From assembly GCA_041688515.1 (NCBI GenBank), contig JBDNHZ010000085.1, forward strand, positions 1-47,769: a DNA stretch of 47,769 nt. The letters are read 5' to 3'. Origin of the DNA: Verrucomicrobiota bacterium. GTDB lineage: Bacteria > Verrucomicrobiota > Verrucomicrobiia > Limisphaerales > UBA9464. A program made the position numbers and the translations under genes. This document shows positions 45,304 through 47,769 of the stretch, one piece after another. The notes beneath the pieces were generated by a model that was not told the origin of the DNA, did not search any database, and worked only from the letters and a program-made list of their open reading frames with translations. Position 1 is the first letter of the stretch. Each line of letters begins with the position of its first letter.

Positions 45304-47417
45304 CCGCTGGCGATGAATTCCGAGGCGAGCCAGTCGAGCAATTCAGGATGCGTCGGGCGCGCCCCGCTCAGGCCGAAGTCGCTGGGCGTCGTCACCAGAC
45401 CCTGGCCGAAGTGGTATTGCCACACGCGATTGACCAGCACCCGGGCAGGAAGCGGATTGCGCGGGTCGGCCAGCCAATCCGCGAAGCGCCGTCGGCGTTC
45501 CGCTTCGGGTGCGTCCGACGCAAGACCCAATTCCGCGGGAAGACTCTTCACCGCCGAAAGCCCGGCGGCCGCGACGACGTCGCCCGGCGAAAGCACATCG
45601 CCGCGCTTCAGGACGTGGGTGGGTTTGGGTTGCTCGCGTTTGCCGGCATAGGCCATCGGCAGCGGACGTTCCACCGCGGCGAGGGCCGCCTGCGCCCGGG
45701 CAATCTGCGCCAGCGCCTGCTCGCGCTCGGTTCGTTCGGCGGGTTCGAGTCGGGCCAGGATCTCGGTCAGCGGGATGCCATGTCCTCCCGATCGGAAGGC
45801 GGCGGCCACCTCGTCGGCGCTCAACGCGCGGTCGTGGATGGCGGCCCGCCGGATCGCGCCGGTGAGCCAGGGTTTGCCCCCGCCGGTGTGACGCATGCCG
45901 AGCAACACCCGGGCCTTGCCGGCCTTGTAAGAGATCAGCGGCGTCCCGGGGTTGTAGGGACGTCCGTAGGGTTGCCCGTTGCGATACAGGGCGATGGTGT
46001 TGTCCGCCGCGTACACCGCCGCCAGGTGGATCCATTGGTTGGGCGTGGAGTTCTCCTCGGGAGCGTCGAGGTCGCGGGTGCGGGCGAAGCCTTCGCTGCC
46101 GGCGGTCCACTTGCGCCGCTGACGTTCCCCAAAGACCACGGCGTCGAAGGGCGTGCCGCTGAGGTCTTCGATCGAAATCACCGCGCCGCCGGACTGCTCC
46201 AGATCGGCGAGGGAAACCCAGGCTTCCAGCGTGCGCGCGTCGAGGTCCCGGGGAAGGGGAGCGGAAAGGTAATGGGCTCCGGTCTTGGGAAGCGTGAGAA
46301 GTCCGTCTTCGACGACGGCACCTCCCCGCGTTTCTCCGGGGACTTCCGGATTTCCGCGTCCGTCAAAGGTCCAACTGACCCACGGCTTCGGACCGTCCTC
46401 GACCGCCGTGGTCGTGGCCTGAGCCGTGGCGCGTTCGATCCCCAGGTTCTCGATCCGTTGCACCCGTTCCCGCGCCTGGACGAGTTCCCGGGTTCGAAGT
46501 TCCTTCTCGGTCTGCCGCACCTTCTGTTCGGCGCTGCCTTCGATCGCGCGATCGCCATGGCGCACGCCGTCGAACACCGCCTTGACCCGGTAGTAATCGG
46601 AGATCGGGATGGGATCGAACTTGTGATCGTGGCAACGGGCGCAATGGATGGTGACGCCGAGGAAGGTCTGTCCCACCACGCTCACCAAATCTTCCATCTC
46701 TTCCTCGCGCGTGATGGCCCGTTGGGTGGCGTTTGCCTGGGAGTTGCCCGCCTGATCCCAGGGACCCGATACCAGCAGTCCGGCCCCGATGATTCCGTCG
46801 CCGGTGACGGGTTCCATCACATCGCCGGCCACCTGTTCCCGCATGAAGCGGTCGTAGGGTTTGTCGGTGTTGAAGCTCCGGATGACGTAGTCGCGGTAGT
46901 GCCAGGCGTTGTCCCGTGGATGATCGTACTCGAAGCCCTGGCTCTCGGTGTAGCGCACGATATCCAGCCAGTGGCGCGCCCATCGTTCTCCATGGTGCGG
47001 TGAGGCCAGGAGTTGGTCCACCACCTGACGATACCGTTCCGGCGAAGGATCCCGTTCGAACTCAGTGATCTGGTCGGGCGTGGGCGGCAGACCTGTGAGA
47101 TCTAAATGAATCCGACGCAACAGATCGCGCGGATCGGCCGGTGGATTGGCGGTGAGACCATGGGCCTGTCGCGTCGCGGTGACGAAGGCGTCGATGGGAT
47201 TTCCGGTGGCGGGGACGGTCGGGCGCTGCAGCGGTTGCCAGGACCAGTGAGTCGCAGGGGCAGGCTTTGGCGCGACGGCAGGAGCGGGTTCGGCGGCCTG
47301 GCAAAGGCTGAAACCGACCATCACGGTCATCAAACTCGCCAGAAATGCGCGTGGACCGGCGATGCCGGCGATAGGCTTGGCGGCAGACACGCGAGTGGCA
47401 GGATACAATGCGCCCAT
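45276..47417 (-). CDS. DUF1549 + LamG-like + start of DUF1553: N-terminal part of PSD1-type protein copy 2
   Basis: Signal peptide. GVTIHCARCHDHKFDPI. A central concanavalin/LamG-like segment (..NQWIHLAAVYAADNTIALYRNGQPYG..LLGMRH..IRRAAIHDRALSADEV..). It ends ..HPELLDWLASEFIASGWSLKSLTA*, where copy 1 continues ..GWRLKPIHELL... Confidence 0.85.
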   Translation of the reverse strand: MGALYPATRVSAAKPIAGIAGPRAFLASLMTVMVGFSLCQAAEPAPAVAPKPAPATHWSWQPLQRPTVPATGNPIDAFVTATRQAHGLTANPPADPRDLLRRIHLDLTGLPPTPDQITEFERDPSPERYRQVVDQLLASPHHGERWARHWLDIVRYTESQGFEYDHPRDNAWHYRDYVIRSFNTDKPYDRFMREQVAGDVMEPVTGDGIIGAGLLVSGPWDQAGNSQANATQRAITREEEMEDLVSVVGQTFLGVTIHCARCHDHKFDPIPISDYYRVKAVFDGVRHGDRAIEGSAEQKVRQTEKELRTRELVQARERVQRIENLGIERATAQATTTAVEDGPKPWVSWTFDGRGNPEVPGETRGGAVVEDGLLTLPKTGAHYLSAPLPRDLDARTLEAWVSLADLEQSGGAVISIEDLSGTPFDAVVFGERQRRKWTAGSEGFARTRDLDAPEENSTPNQWIHLAAVYAADNTIALYRNGQPYGRPYNPGTPLISYKAGKARVLLGMRHTGGGKPWLTGAIRRAAIHDRALSADEVAAAFRSGGHGIPLTEILARLEPAERTEREQALAQIARAQAALAAVERPLPMAYAGKREQPKPTHVLKRGDVLSPGDVVAAAGLSAVKSLPAELGLASDAPEAERRRRFADWLADPRNPLPARVLVNRVWQYHFGQGLVTTPSDFGLSGARPTHPELLDWLASEFIASGWSLKSLTA

Positions 47418-47470
47418 GGGATGACGGTCCTACTATGGCCCGACGACCTTTGAAGGGAAGGGGCGAATCG

Positions 47471-47769
47471 GGGCCGGACGCGAGGGGGTAGCTGCCGAGG
47501 TCACGAGGCGGACCCCAGACGAAGCAAAGCATGGGAGCACCCGCCTCCTCACGTCGGCAGCTACGAACGGACGCGAGGGGGTAGCTGCCGAGGTCACGAG
47601 GCGGACCTCAGACGAGGCAAAGCACGCGGACATCCGCCTCCTCACGTCGGCAGCTACGAACGGCCCGACGGGGGTAGCTGCCGAGGTCACGAGGCGGACC
47701 TCAGACAAGGCAAAGAACACGAACATCCGCCTCCTCACGTCGGCAGCTACGAACGGCCCGAGGGGTAGC
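47471..47769 (-). repeat. Tandem array of hairpin family A units (93-bp period, at least 3 units, runs off the window)
   Basis: Unit starts (GGGGGTAGCTGCC) are at 47484, 47577 and 47670, with a fourth beginning at about 47763. Each unit is GGTAGCTGCCGAGGTCACGAGGCGGA - loop - TCCGCCTCCTCACGTCGGCAGCTAC plus a 13-nt linker. Orientation is opposite to the 2831 copy. Confidence 0.9.

Noticed and set aside
47433-47738. 101-aa ORF with a repeating peptide (..SEVRLVTSAATP..FVAADVRRRM..)
   Set aside because: It is a translation artefact of the tandem hairpin array. The same peptide strings (IRLLTSAAT) appear wherever the repeat occurs (2579..3163, 32711..32998 and 34689..35363 ORFs).
47471-47769. Possible CRISPR array (regular 93-bp periodicity, palindromic repeat)
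   Set aside because: The segments between the conserved arms are themselves conserved between units and with the solitary copy at 2831, so there are no unique spacers. Each unit is one long hairpin, and no cas genes are in the window. It is better described as a tandem REP/MITE-like array.

Overview
High-GC window (G+C judged by eye, not computed) with Verrucomicrobiota/Planctomycetota (PVC)-type gene content: DUF1549/DUF1553 (PSD1-type) + DUF1501 gene pairs, prepilin-type N-terminal proteins with a DUF1559-like C-terminus, a PEP-CTERM tail, BNR sialidase-like and RCC1-repeat proteins. It contains dnaA, so it may lie near the replication origin.

Most genes are housekeeping: cmk, bioF-like, dnaA, tal, larE-like, bioD, kup, tRNA-His, rlmM-like, cdd, cysS. 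The rest are lineage-typical secreted or membrane proteins. I see no rRNA, no CRISPR/cas, no intact transposase and no recognisable multi-gene defence island.

Points that stand out:
1. Several short palindromic/MITE-like repeat families fill nearly every larger intergenic gap. They include a 93-bp tandem hairpin array at the right edge. Copies also sit in-frame inside the N-termini of both DUF1501 genes.
2. A c-di-AMP (ydaO-type) riboswitch-like element lies upstream of kup.
3. There are two unusual domain fusions: a cytochrome P450 with two cNMP-binding domains, and a 649-aa protein with a C-terminal LOG nucleotide-glycosidase domain behind about 450 unassigned residues.
4. A CHRD protein has its PEP-CTERM anchor in-frame behind a TAG that replaces the Glu of the VPEP motif.
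5. Three single-base frame disruptions (P450, RCC1, second PSD1) and one truncated gene remnant point to indel errors or gene decay.

I cannot demonstrate a clear novel multi-gene system. The best candidates for follow-up are the LOG fusion, the P450-cNMP fusion and the repeat families.
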